Source of the DNA: a virus
Taxonomy: Duplodnaviria > Caudoviricetes
Strand: one strand, 5' to 3'
IMG/VR virus record: IMGVR_UViG_3300028887_000104
Location: 13,727 to 77,726 of that record
Length of the DNA: 64,000 nt
The notes beneath the pieces are model-generated. The model did no database searches and was not told the origin of the DNA. It saw only the letters and a list, made by a program, of their open reading frames with translations. Of the stretch, positions 51,195-61,993 are shown in pieces. Both the position numbers and the translations under genes were made by a program. Position 1 is the stretch's first letter. Every line of letters begins with the position of its first letter.

Positions 51195-51443
51195 TTACGG
51201 TTTATTTGCAATATTGTCGTATACGAGCATCGGGATTTTACCTTTTGCCCAGGCCAGGAATCCGAGCCTTGGAAACCGGAACGAGTGGCCACACCGGCAT
51301 GTCGGAAATCCCAACCATTTGATGTCGCGTTCGCATTGGTCCCTGATTAATTGCGGAGCCATGTGAAGGCATTCAGCAATTTCTTTTACGGTCAGGAAAT
51401 CGGTGTCCAGTTCCTCAATCTGCTGCAAGGTCACTATAATCAC
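51195..51443 (-). CDS. Excisionase-like winged-HTH protein
   Basis: FLTVKEIAECL...FRFPR..FLAW. Confidence 0.6.
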   Translation of the reverse strand: MIIVTLQQIEELDTDFLTVKEIAECLHMAPQLIRDQCERDIKWLGFPTCRCGHSFRFPRLGFLAWAKGKIPMLVYDNIANKP

Positions 51444-51693
51444 CGGTCCTTATTTTGTTCAGCATGCAGTCATCGCAGGCGACATCTTCCCGCATGTAGT
51501 GTTTGCATCTGAGACACAGTGCGTCCGCGCAATCCTCTAAGATGCTTTTCAGCTTCTTGTTTTCCTGCGTCATGGATTCGATCTTCCGGTTCAGTTCGCG
51601 ATTCTCGCTGGCGCATGCCAACAACTTTCTCGCAGTGGCATCGAGCTTCTGCCTGGTGTTGTTCAGATCGACTTCAAGTTCTGTCATCGCCAT
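51415..51693 (-). CDS. Coiled-coil hypothetical protein
   Basis: 92 aa, overlaps neighbours. Confidence 0.55.
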   Translation of the reverse strand: MAMTELEVDLNNTRQKLDATARKLLACASENRELNRKIESMTQENKKLKSILEDCADALCLRCKHYMREDVACDDCMLNKIRTGDYSDLAAD

Positions 51694-52043
51694 TCTCCTT
51701 CCGGCGTTCCGTACAGGGCATTGCGTTCTTCCTGTGTCATCAGTATTGGCGCGGGCATTTTTGGCACGTTCGCTTCTGCCAGACGGACAAACTCGTCCGT
51801 CACTTCTCCGTCACTCAAATCACCGGCTAGCAGCATGTATGTCCGCGAATGCTTCCGAAAATCCTGATTTGGTTCAAGCGTTTCTTCGGCGATAGAGAAT
51901 AGCGCATCGCACAGCATTCCGGATATTTCATCCGCCCAGGTCAATCCGCCGCTTACAAGTTGCTTCTGTGTATCTTCCGCCAGACGAAGCGCAATTCGTG
52001 TTGCTTTTACTACCCGCAACAATGCGTCTTTACCTATTGTCAT
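51684..52043 (-). CDS. Hypothetical protein
   Basis: GGAGA RBS, 119 aa. Confidence 0.6.
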   Translation of the reverse strand: MTIGKDALLRVVKATRIALRLAEDTQKQLVSGGLTWADEISGMLCDALFSIAEETLEPNQDFRKHSRTYMLLAGDLSDGEVTDEFVRLAEANVPKMPAPILMTQEERNALYGTPEGEWR

Positions 52044-52063
52044 AATTCTTCTCCGGTTTAGTT

Positions 52064-52294
52064 TTAAGTCGTTTCGTCATATTTCGGATCAAAAAAAATT
52101 TCCTGAACTGTTTTTCCGAAGTAGTTTGCGATAAGCGCCTTTGATTGGTCGTTCGGCTGTTTCAGGCCATCTTCATATTTCGATAATGCCGAATAACTGA
52201 TACCAATTTCCTGCGCGGTGCCGGTCCGTTTTCGTATTCCGCGAAGTTTTCGCAGTCTCCGACCGACCTCCTTTGGATCCACCACAGTGTTCAT
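52064..52294 (-). CDS. Cro-like XRE regulator
   Basis: TAQEIGISYSALSKYEDG.KQP; divergent from repressor. Confidence 0.85.
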   Translation of the reverse strand: MNTVVDPKEVGRRLRKLRGIRKRTGTAQEIGISYSALSKYEDGLKQPNDQSKALIANYFGKTVQEIFFDPKYDETT

Positions 52295-52444
52295 CTTCCG
52301 TCCTCCTTTCGTGTAAATAGATTATCACGAAACGACATAATTGTAAAGCATCTAAGGTGTTAAATGTTTATGATAATAATGTTACAAAAGTATTGACTTT
52401 TAACACGTAGCGTGATAGCATAACAGCGGAGGTGAATAGAATTA

Positions 52445-52804
52445 ATGAATTATTCTGATAAAATACGCAACCTTCGCATTCAGCGTGGACTAACTCAAAT
52501 GGAAATGGCAGAGCGCCTTGGGACGAGTCAATCAGCAATAACCAGCTGGGAATGTGGAAGAAGAGAACCTGATTTTGCTACACTTCGTAAACTGGCAAAT
52601 TTCTTCAATGTTCCGCTTTCCGCATTGCTTCCATCTGACGACACAGTAGATGATGATTATATCGGAGCAGTTGCTGAAAGCCTTCATCAGAATCCAAAGC
52701 TTCGTTTGCTTTTTGACAGGTCAAAATTCCTGAGTGATTCTGATCTGGATACGGTAATTTCTGTTGTTTCTGCTATTTCTAAGGAGCGCAATGATGACGC
52801 CTGA
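52445..52804 (+). CDS. CI-like immunity repressor (XRE)
   Basis: LTQMEMAERLGTSQSAITSWECGRREPD. Confidence 0.88.
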   Translation: MNYSDKIRNLRIQRGLTQMEMAERLGTSQSAITSWECGRREPDFATLRKLANFFNVPLSALLPSDDTVDDDYIGAVAESLHQNPKLRLLFDRSKFLSDSDLDTVISVVSAISKERNDDA

Positions 52805-53000
52805 TCAGATTCCTGTTGTATTAATGGATTTACCAACACATATTCGTGGGTTTGTTGTTCTTGGTTCTGATTATTCTCCATGCATTATTATTAATTCCAG
52901 AATGACTATAGAACAACAGAAAATAACATGGCAGCACGAAATGAATCATATTATCAACGGCGATTTGGACAACGACGAATACGTTGAATACGGTGCATAA
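52791..53000 (+). CDS. ImmA/IrrE-like small metallopeptidase (HExxH)
   Basis: IIINSR...WQHEMNHI..GD between repressor and integrase. Confidence 0.7.
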   Translation: MMTPDQIPVVLMDLPTHIRGFVVLGSDYSPCIIINSRMTIEQQKITWQHEMNHIINGDLDNDEYVEYGA

Positions 53001-53002
53001 CG

Positions 53003-54169
53003 ATGGCTGATATATTTTGCCCAAAGTGCGGCAAAGAAGTACCTACCGGATCAGCATTCTGCAACCATTGCGGAAAAAAACTGATTGCTCCGGAGAAAAA
53101 GGCAGTCCGAAAAGTGCGCGGAAATGGCATGGGTTGCGCAATTAAAAGAGGCAAGACCTGGACCGCTGTCGTGACCATGGACTGGATCCGGCCGGAAGAT
53201 CCGAGCAAACCTAAGAAGCCAATCCGTCGGACAAAAGGTGGCTTTCCAAGCAAGGCGGCTGCGATTGCCTATTGCCCAACACTTCTGGCTGGAGGCTATG
53301 AGAAAAAAGAAGAAGCCCCCAGGCTGTCGCATTATTGGAAGGTCTATTCTGAAGGCGATATGCTGACGATATCAAAAGGAAAACAGTCAGCGTATCGGAC
53401 CGCATGGAATAAGCTGAAATCTATACATGACGTTCGCGTGGATGCTATTACGGTAGAGCTTCTTCGAAACACTGTGTCGGAAGCATGTAAAACATTCGAC
53501 CCGGCAAAGGATTGCAAATCGCTTCTGGCGAATCTGTTTGAATTGGCGGCTGCGGATCGGTTCGCTGTTCGTGAGCTTCCTTCTTATATCATTCTGCCTG
53601 AACATATAGTAAAGGAAAGAGAAACGTTTACCAAGGAAGAACAGGCTGCGTTGTGGAAGGCATATGACAACGGTGATATACGAGCTGCCGTGCCGCTTCT
53701 GATGATCGCCAGCGGGATGATGCCGGGTGAAATGATGCTTCTTAAAACGGATAACATTGATCTGGACAAAAGGATCATTGTCAGGGCCGGACTGAAGACA
53801 AAGATACGGAAGCGCACACCTGTTGTGTTATCGGATGCGATCCTTCCGGTTGTGAAAGATCTGATTGATCATGCCATGCCATCCGGATATATATGGAAGC
53901 GCGATGAAAAGCTATGGTATGATAACTATTACGCCGTACTTGAGAAGACTGAATGCAGGAAACTGCAACCATATTGCTGTCGGCATACCTGCGCGAGTCA
54001 GCTGTCCATTGATCAGAACATACCGCCGCAGACCATACGCCGGATTATGCGCTGGAGCACGACAAAAATGTTAGATCATTATGCTCATCCGGATACGTCG
54101 GATGCCCTGGCTGGAGTCAATAAGATCCAGAAACCTACAGATGACACGGATGGCAAGAGTGAGTCATGA
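53003..54169 (+). CDS. int: Phage integrase (tyrosine recombinase) with N-terminal zinc ribbon
   Basis: CPKCG..CNHCG, arm-binding-like W.A.V, PYCCRHT, MRWSTTKMLDHYAH. Confidence 0.85.
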   Translation: MADIFCPKCGKEVPTGSAFCNHCGKKLIAPEKKAVRKVRGNGMGCAIKRGKTWTAVVTMDWIRPEDPSKPKKPIRRTKGGFPSKAAAIAYCPTLLAGGYEKKEEAPRLSHYWKVYSEGDMLTISKGKQSAYRTAWNKLKSIHDVRVDAITVELLRNTVSEACKTFDPAKDCKSLLANLFELAAADRFAVRELPSYIILPEHIVKERETFTKEEQAALWKAYDNGDIRAAVPLLMIASGMMPGEMMLLKTDNIDLDKRIIVRAGLKTKIRKRTPVVLSDAILPVVKDLIDHAMPSGYIWKRDEKLWYDNYYAVLEKTECRKLQPYCCRHTCASQLSIDQNIPPQTIRRIMRWSTTKMLDHYAHPDTSDALAGVNKIQKPTDDTDGKSES

Positions 54170-54233
54170 TGTATGGTTCACGTACGGTTTACATCGAGCG
54201 CTGGGCCCGTTGAAAATCAACACTTTACTGTTA

Positions 54234-54292
54234 CCCTGCTAAGGGAGTAGGAGTGTTAAAGCTCGCCCGGGTTCAAATCCCGGCTTCTCCGC
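54234..54292 (+). mobile_element. attP core: 3' half of tRNA-Ser(GCT)
   Basis: CC-CTGCTAA-GGGAG anticodon loop, long variable arm, CCGGG-TTCAAAT-CCCGG T-arm, CTTCTCCGC; no 5' half; GTTTAC repeats on both sides. Confidence 0.8.
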
Positions 54293-54723
54293 TTGAAACC
54301 CTTGAAACATAAGCGTTCAAGGGTTTTTTCATGCCTAAATATCAATATTACGAATCGTGATAAATCATGATAAATCGTGATCTACGGTTTACACTACTGT
54401 TTACATGGTTTTTAAATTTACTGTTTACAATGGGGAAGCATATTTTCAGATTTTTTGAGGTTGTCCTCCTACTCCCCTGTCATAGGAGCAGTATTTTGGC
54501 CTCCTACTCCCCAGGCGTGGAGCATAAGAAAACCCGCCATGATCGGGCGGGTTAATGTTGCCTTTAACGCATTTGCTACGGACATTTATGTCCTTCGCAA
54601 AATAACCTGTCACAAATAAAACAACCATTTTTTATCTCGCATAGATTCGTCCCTTTTGTGGGACGTTGTATCTGCGGTACGGAATATTGCTTTTCAAAAG
54701 CATCAACTGTACTCTGCATAACA

Positions 54724-54936
54724 TCACCGTCCTTCCTGCTCAATTCTTCGTAATGTTTCAAGCGTTTCAATTCGTTTCTGTTGCTTTTTCAGAAGGGCAA
54801 GGGCATCTATCAACGCTTTGTCTTTAAGTCCATTCAGTGACAACTTATAGACGTGTCCTGCTTTTGCTAAATTACCGGACAAAGCGTCCTCTATTTCTAC
54901 GATAACCTTCTCCCTGTCAGGCATCATCGTTCGCAA
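54724..54936 (-). CDS. Hypothetical phage protein
   Basis: MPDREKVI...DALALLK motif shared with 61681 ORF. Confidence 0.55.
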   Translation of the reverse strand: MRTMMPDREKVIVEIEDALSGNLAKAGHVYKLSLNGLKDKALIDALALLKKQQKRIETLETLRRIEQEGR

Positions 54937-55249
54937 TCCTCCTGATCTGTTTCATGTAGCAGAGTATTTTCAGCAGTTGCATAAACTCCACGCAGTCAAT
55001 CTCAACAGTTTCCTTCCTGTTATCATGCAGTTCCTGCATTTTTTCCTTCATATATTCGTACAGTTTATCCATGTCGCCCTCCGTTTTATCGTCGCATTTA
55101 AGTTCTTTCTTGTTTATCGCACCATTTATAAAATGGGCATACTCCACACCCACAAAACGCTTTTGCAATACATTCTGTGGGCGTTTCTTGCGTTAATGGA
55201 GCAACTCCTTCTCCTATCATTCCACATCACCACCTTTTAACTTAAAGCG

Positions 55250-55597
55250 TCATTTATTTTCCTGCCATCTGGCATATGCCTGAATCAGCAGGTTTGTCAA
55301 CGTCTTCCGTTCTGAATCTGTCATGGCGCTGTACGCTTTTGCAAAGATGTCGCTGTTCGGAAGCAACGCCATTTTGTCTATCGTCTGCGTTCGGTCATCA
55401 GACCATCCCATCAGGTACGGCCTGGAAACATTGAACAGCGAAGCCAGCAAGTCGATCTTTTGCAACGGAATGTTTTTGATGGATCCGTTCTCGTATTTAT
55501 ATATGGTCGCCCGGTTGACACCGATGATCTCCCCCACTTCTTCTAGTGTCATATGCGCTTCCGTTCGCAATGCTTTTAACCGTTTCGAAAATGTCAT
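55250..55597 (-). CDS. Second XRE-family repressor-like protein
   Basis: MTLEEVGEIIGVNRATIYKYENG. Confidence 0.85.
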   Translation of the reverse strand: MTFSKRLKALRTEAHMTLEEVGEIIGVNRATIYKYENGSIKNIPLQKIDLLASLFNVSRPYLMGWSDDRTQTIDKMALLPNSDIFAKAYSAMTDSERKTLTNLLIQAYARWQENK

Positions 55598-56284
55598 GTT
55601 AATTCCTTCTCATCTTTATATTTCATAATACATACTAGTGCACAACAAAGTGTTTTGCAACGGCATTATAACACGTTTCTTATCAGGAAACAAGTTAATT
55701 TTTATTTAATATTTTCGTTATTTTACAGTAATATTTTTCGTGTATATTATGTTTCATGATAGGAAACTTTTTGAGAAAAGGAGACGAATCAATGAGAGAA
55801 GCGCTTGAGAAACTGGTTAAGATCGCTCTGGATAACATGAAGATTGACAATGCGTTTACCAATCTTGGCTACACATGCAACCCATTCTTTGATACCTATG
55901 GTGATGTAATCGACGCCATTTGCTATCTGCTCGATGATCGTCAGGAATCCATTGAACTCACAAAGGCGTATCAGGTATTGAACATGGAAGACGCAACAAT
56001 GGAACAGCGCATTGATCTGCTGATGGAGGCTTGTCTATGAATGTGTCTGTTGAGTTGAACCAGGCGACTATAATTATATTGGAAGAAACTGCAAACAAAA
56101 AGGGCGTTTCCGTTTCTGACGTGGTCCGGATCATTATTAATGAGTGGGCCATACGCAACGAACTTTTGAAAGCAGCCAATGTAAAACCGTTCTGAACCGG
56201 ACGGTGCTATTGGCTATTTTTTGGATTTACAAATATCACGTTTCGTGGTATAAGTAATTTAAACAAGAATAAAGGAGGCGTCAT

Positions 56285-56536
56285 ATGACGAGTGAACTGA
56301 AACCAGAAGAATACTATGCGGTACATCAGAAAGCGTTCCGGACAGCTTTTGATTTTCTGACGAAACATTTCCCGCCGGAACAGGATACAACGTGGTGGGA
56401 AAAGACCGCGCAGGACGCAGGCGATGCGTACATTGCTGTCGGTCAGGAATCGTTGGCATATCAGCTGCTCCGGGGCGTGTATGAGTATCTGGACACGGAA
56501 TGGAAAAGGAGGTTTAAGGATGCCACTGAAAGTTGA
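56285..56536 (+). CDS. Hypothetical protein
   Basis: AAAGGAGG RBS. Confidence 0.6.
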   Translation: MTSELKPEEYYAVHQKAFRTAFDFLTKHFPPEQDTTWWEKTAQDAGDAYIAVGQESLAYQLLRGVYEYLDTEWKRRFKDATES

Positions 56537-57150
56537 ATGCGTAGGCACAATGTCCGGAGTAGATACCATGCGGATATCCGGATTCATGGACAGCGAACTG
56601 AGTGAACTGAAAAACATGGAGCATACGGAATCCGTTGAAAAACTGATGGACATGCTGGATGCCAGGAATGGCGCACTGGGCCGTCGGTGGGTGCGCGGAT
56701 ACGGTGTGCGCAGCGTATGGTATGACGATGAATATGCATATGTGAACATCTGGAACAGCTGCGATTGATTTTTTATGCTCTTCGATATTACGAAACGAGG
56801 TAATGATATTGGATATTCGATTATATACCGGGTTGATTATCCGGAAAGACGGTGAATATCTGGTCTGCCGGGATCCGTTCGGGCATCTGAAGTGGAGCAA
56901 TAGTCCATGGTCAGCATGGAGCACACGGATTATTGCAAACGCACGGTCTGTTGCTGAGAAGGTTGGCGGAGAGATTATGCTATTCAATCCGGTAGCAGGA
57001 AAGGTGATGACCTTATGAGACAGTTAAAAATGGAGTTTGAGCGCGATGATGATTGAAGTATGAAATAATTTATTTTTTTCGATTTGATATTACAAAACGT
57101 GATAGCAATAGCAACGATACGATTATGCATTGGAGGCCAATTAGACTTTT

Positions 57151-58323
57151 ATGAGAGATCAGATATTGCTTCGTCAATTGCAAAGTCTTTCATTGACAGC
57201 CAAAGTATCAATGGCTGAGCAGCGGATTATGGAATGGTACAAGCATTTTGACGGCAAGGTTGTTATTAGTTTTAGCGGTGGAAAAGACAGCACAGTTCTG
57301 ACGCATATTGTTCACAGCCTTTATCCGGACGTTCCGCTTGTGTTTGCAAACACCGGCCTGGAATACCCTGAAATTCAAGCCTTTGCAAAGAAAATGGGCG
57401 CGGAGTTCGTTCGTCCAAAGATGACGTTTTCCGAAGTGATCAGCAAATATGGCTATCCGATTATTAGCAAAGAAAACGCCGGGACAATTTATTACGCTCG
57501 AAAGATCAGAAAAAGCACGGATTCTGAGCAGGTTGAATATGATTCCGGCAAGCAATACAAAAGCGAAGACGGCACATGGGAAAAAACGAGCTGGAAAGAT
57601 TGGAGAAGGCAAAGCCTGCTGGGAGTTGGACATTTTTCTGAAGGTCAGTCGACCTTGTACAACAAAAAGAAGTGGTTGCCATTGGCGCAGGAAACGCAAT
57701 TTCTTATTGGGAATCAATGCTGCGATGTGATGAAAAAGTGGCCACTTGACAACCATATTAAGAAAACAAATTCATATCCAATCGTTGGGACCCTGGCAGA
57801 AGAAAGCAAAATGAGGGAGCAAGCCTGGTGCAGACATGGGTGCAATGTATTTGAAGGCAAGCATAAAATGAGTTCTCCGATGAGTTTTTGGAAAGAACAG
57901 GATGTATTGAAATATATCGTTTTAAAAGGGATAGATATCGCAAGCGTTTATGGCAATATTGTTGCAACAGACGTTTCCGGAATGCAGTATTCTCCAATGC
58001 CCGGCGTTGATTGCCAGTTAAAATGCACAGGATGTTCTAGAACTGGATGCATTTTTTGCATGTTCGGTATTCATCTAGAAAAAGGCGAAACAAGGTTCCA
58101 GGCTTTGGCACGTACACATCCGAAGCAATATGAATATTGTATGAAGGGGGGGCAGTGGGTAGATAATCCAAAGTATGATCTAACGGCACCAAAGTATGAT
58201 GGGCAATGGAAAAACTGGAATCCTAAAAAGATCTGGGTGCCAAGCAAAGACGGTCTTGGCATGAAGCATGTTATTGAAGAATGCAATCAAATTTATGGGA
58301 AGGATTTTATACGCTATGAGTAA
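57151..58323 (+). CDS. PAPS-reductase-family (PP-loop) protein
   Basis: SFSGGKDSTVL, NTGLEYPE, CCDVMKK, GTLAEES, RTGCIFC. Confidence 0.88.
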   Translation: MRDQILLRQLQSLSLTAKVSMAEQRIMEWYKHFDGKVVISFSGGKDSTVLTHIVHSLYPDVPLVFANTGLEYPEIQAFAKKMGAEFVRPKMTFSEVISKYGYPIISKENAGTIYYARKIRKSTDSEQVEYDSGKQYKSEDGTWEKTSWKDWRRQSLLGVGHFSEGQSTLYNKKKWLPLAQETQFLIGNQCCDVMKKWPLDNHIKKTNSYPIVGTLAEESKMREQAWCRHGCNVFEGKHKMSSPMSFWKEQDVLKYIVLKGIDIASVYGNIVATDVSGMQYSPMPGVDCQLKCTGCSRTGCIFCMFGIHLEKGETRFQALARTHPKQYEYCMKGGQWVDNPKYDLTAPKYDGQWKNWNPKKIWVPSKDGLGMKHVIEECNQIYGKDFIRYE

Positions 58324-58530
58324 TGAAAAGATTGAAACTGTACGCAATATTGTTAATGACGCGTTCAGAAGGCTTGTATTGGTGAAGCCTCGTGTTAGCG
58401 GAACAAGAAATACGTGGGGTAACTGGCATTATGAGTGTCCAGAGTGCGCGACGGCAATCGATTATTGTGATCGTTATTGCCGTAAATGTGGCGTTCCATT
58501 TCGATGGGATGACAATGAGGAAGATCAGTA

Positions 58531-59487
58531 ATGCGTATCGGATTAATTGACGTAGACGCTGTAAACAACCATGGCGCAAAGTTTCCGAACCTGGCGTTGA
58601 TGCGAATATCCGCATGGCATAAGGCGAACGGAGACGAAGTCGAGTGGTGGTGGACTGATCTGATTCACTACGACATCGTGTACATGAGCAAAGTATTTTC
58701 CGATACATACAGTAAAGACATCCCGGAACCGATGAATGCAGATCAGGTTATCAAAGGTGGCACCGGATACGCAATTTTCACTAGGGGGGGGGTAGAAGAA
58801 TTCGACAAATCAAAGCATCGTGATCTTCCACCTGAAATGGAAAAGATGTTTCCTGATTACAGCATTTATCCTGAATTTAGTTTTGCTATCAGCATGACCA
58901 GCAGAGGCTGTCCGAGAGGATGTTCATTCTGCCATGTGGCTGCAAAAGAAGGCAGATGTAGTAAAAAGGTTGCTGACGTTTCAGACTTCTGGACTCCTGA
59001 AACAGGCAAAAAAGAAATTAAGATTCTGGACCCAAACATTACAGCATGCAGGGACAAACGTGACCTAATGCGGCAGTACAGAGAGACCGGATGCCTTCTG
59101 GATTTTACGCAGGGACTTGATATCCGATGCCTGAATGATGACGATATTGACGACATTAATCATATGCGGATCGGCACGTTGCATTTTGCCTGGGACAATC
59201 CGAAAGATCAGCTGGAAGAAAAATTTCGAAGGTTCGCTCAGTTGTTCAGACGGAAAAGTAATATTGGAACAGTTTATTGCCTGACGAACTTTAACAGTAC
59301 GATGGAAGAAAACCTGACACGAGTGCGAATTTTGTCTGGGCTTGGTTATGATCCGTACATAATGGTGTACGACAAACCGCATGCACCGCAAGAAGTGATT
59401 GATCTTCAGAGGTGGTGTAATAACAAAATCATCTTCAAGAAGTGTCCGAATTTTGAGGATTATGTACCGCACAGGAAAGTAAAATGA
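58531..59487 (+). CDS. Radical SAM protein
   Basis: SRGCPRGCSFC CxxxCxxC motif; FPNLALM, DFTQGLDIR. Confidence 0.88.
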   Translation: MRIGLIDVDAVNNHGAKFPNLALMRISAWHKANGDEVEWWWTDLIHYDIVYMSKVFSDTYSKDIPEPMNADQVIKGGTGYAIFTRGGVEEFDKSKHRDLPPEMEKMFPDYSIYPEFSFAISMTSRGCPRGCSFCHVAAKEGRCSKKVADVSDFWTPETGKKEIKILDPNITACRDKRDLMRQYRETGCLLDFTQGLDIRCLNDDDIDDINHMRIGTLHFAWDNPKDQLEEKFRRFAQLFRRKSNIGTVYCLTNFNSTMEENLTRVRILSGLGYDPYIMVYDKPHAPQEVIDLQRWCNNKIIFKKCPNFEDYVPHRKVK

Positions 59488-59696
59488 CGAAACAACTATA
59501 CTCCGTCTGGCATGATACACCCGGAAATGATCTGCCGGTCGCAATTGACTGTCCAGCTCGCCAGTGTGCGGATGCCATGGGCGTATCGTACAGTTATTTT
59601 AAGTTCATACAGTCAATGGCCGGGAAACGTCCGATTCCATGGGTTGTGATCAAGACGGATATGAGGCAGGTACCGGAATGGTACGTGGAGGAAAAA

Positions 59697-60307
59697 TGAA
59701 AATATACGTTGTTACATCAGGAGAATATTCCGACTATCACATCGAAGCTGTGTTTACCAACTATCATCTGGCTACGCAATATGCGAACCTGGATTCAGAC
59801 AGAGAGATTGAAGAGTATGAAGCTGATTCGATACAGATAAACGATCCAGAATTGTTTTACTGTATTGAGTACGATTTCGAAAAAGACAAGATTGTAAGTC
59901 TTGGTCCCGGCCGTGCGAGAGACACAGAAATCTATGAGTATCAGCCGATCATGCGTTTCTCTGTTCGGATGAATGACCGTCTGTTTGACGATATCCGCGA
60001 GCATGGGTGCCAGAGTGAACTGCTTTTGAAGATTTCCAGGGATAAACTGGCACAGGAACTGGAAAAGCTTCAGCTGAGCAAAAACGCTCTGATCGACAGG
60101 ATATACAGATCACGCAATCATTACTTCAACCGATACTCGCTGGCCACAACATCCCTGGACACACAAACGAATCCGTTTGAGAAGGTTGCAACACAAGAGG
60201 TTACGGATCAAATTAATGCGATGTACGAGAATGGCGAGCAGCTTCCGGATGCGTTTACGCTGATGAAGATGATCCGGGAAAGTCGGCAGAAAATGGAGGG
60301 AAAATGA
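59697..60307 (+). CDS. Hypothetical protein
   Basis: GGAGG RBS before MKIYVVTSGEYSDY. Confidence 0.6.
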
Positions 60308-60502
60308 TACAAAGTGTTACGATCTTGCCCGGTGAACATCCTGGATTATATAACATATACATTGGTGATCAGAGACTTGATTGTGTAACAGGCGTTGACG
60401 TTCGAATGCGCGTGGATGAACTGCCACAAGTAGAACTGAAGGTCATTGCATCGGACGTTACGATTGCACTACCTGAATCAGATATTAAACTGGAGGAGAA
60501 CA

Positions 60503-60904
60503 ATGGCGGTTGAATACACACTAACACTGGACAGCACACAGGCTGCTGAATTGCTGAAGGCGATTGATCTTTTTATGCGGCTGAAGATAAACCAGCCGGA
60601 AAATATCACATGGATGGTTATGCCTGATGATTACTTTGCTGAGAACGGAGCAGTTGATTCGAAACGATTTGATGACTACATTAAACGGCGCGATAACGCA
60701 AATGTATATTTACGGAAAGCTTTTGCATTTATGTTTCCTCATGGATCCACAAAGGATCAGGAATTGTACCGGCTGTACAATCTATACCAGGTGATCCGGT
60801 ACGCACGGCATGAGGCTGAGTTTCCGGACAGTACAGGAGTAGACAGTTATCCTCCGATGCAGTTCACAGATGAACCGATGCCGAAGTGTACGTGGAGAAA
60901 ATGA
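60503..60904 (+). CDS. Hypothetical protein
   Basis: GGAGG RBS before MAVEYTL. Confidence 0.55.
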   Translation: MAVEYTLTLDSTQAAELLKAIDLFMRLKINQPENITWMVMPDDYFAENGAVDSKRFDDYIKRRDNANVYLRKAFAFMFPHGSTKDQELYRLYNLYQVIRYARHEAEFPDSTGVDSYPPMQFTDEPMPKCTWRK

Positions 60905-61390
60905 CGCTTTATCTTAATTGGAGGAAGCATGAATATAACATTCAAACGGGACAATGAAATCAATTATGGAGATTTGGATATAGGTGATGTCTTTACGCAT
61001 GGCGGTCATGTATATATGCTCACAGACCAACCAGAAGAAGATAGAGAAGGCGAATTGAAATCCGTAAATCTTGCGAACGGGAACATGGAAATATTTGGCA
61101 CAAAAGTAATTGTAACAAAGTTTGACGAAGCAAAATTGGTTCTTAGTTAAAGGCTATTTCCAAAATGGAAATACCCACTTAAAGGTGGTGAAGTATGAGA
61201 GACGAGGACGAAATGGATATGCTTGAAATATACATTCAGCATCGGCTTGAACATTTCAACATAATTCCAGAACAAACAGGAAATGATGCGCTACTGATTG
61301 ATATTTTCAAACATATACTTGAGTGCATAAAAGAATTACGGAAACGGTTATTAACTTAACCGCAACAGTGACGCAATAAGTGAGGTAAAC

Positions 61391-61666
61391 ATGGAAAGGT
61401 TGAAACGGTGTCCGTTCTGTGGATATGAGAAACCGGGATTGATGATGTGCAAGGGAAGGAAATTTGTAAACGGACTTGACCAACCAATAGAACAGCACAA
61501 ATGGTATGTCCAATGTCCTAAATGCAAGGCGCGTGGTTCTGTTGCAAGCGGTAAAGTAAATTTGTTGGAGAATCTCAACCATGATTTACCAAGACCGATA
61601 TGGCAAACAACGGACGATGAAATCAAAAGAGTGGCAGTAAAACTATGGAATTATCGAATTGATTAA
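61391..61666 (+). CDS. Lar-like zinc-finger protein
   Basis: LKRCPFCG...VQCPKC.A...WN. Confidence 0.65.
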   Translation: MERLKRCPFCGYEKPGLMMCKGRKFVNGLDQPIEQHKWYVQCPKCKARGSVASGKVNLLENLNHDLPRPIWQTTDDEIKRVAVKLWNYRID

Positions 61667-61680
61667 AAGGCGGTGATACG

Positions 61681-61989
61681 GTGGCAGATATTGAGAAGGT
61701 TATTAAAGGATTAACGGCACACGCAGATGGCTGTGGATACAGGTCATACCATTGCGATGACATGGAATGTCCATATCGTTACGGTGATGAGAGTTGCGAC
61801 ATTGAGGAAATGTGCCGTGATGCTCTGGAACTGCTGAAAGAGCGGGAAGCGATTGAACCGACTCTGATACGTGAAGGACGAAACAAGCATTACAATGATT
61901 ATGTATGCCCCTGCTGTGACAATGAAGTTGTTTACGAACAGAATTATTGTTCAGAGTGCGGTGTGCGGTTTCTGTGGAAAGGTCGGTGA
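61681..61989 (+). CDS. Modular zinc-ribbon protein
   Basis: MADIEKVIKGL...DALELLKE...CPCC..NYCSECG...W. Confidence 0.65.
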   Translation: MADIEKVIKGLTAHADGCGYRSYHCDDMECPYRYGDESCDIEEMCRDALELLKEREAIEPTLIREGRNKHYNDYVCPCCDNEVVYEQNYCSECGVRFLWKGR

Positions 61990-61993
61990 AGTT

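Noticed and set aside
54234-54292. Functional tRNA-Ser gene
   Set aside because: 5' acceptor strand and D-arm are missing; read as att core.
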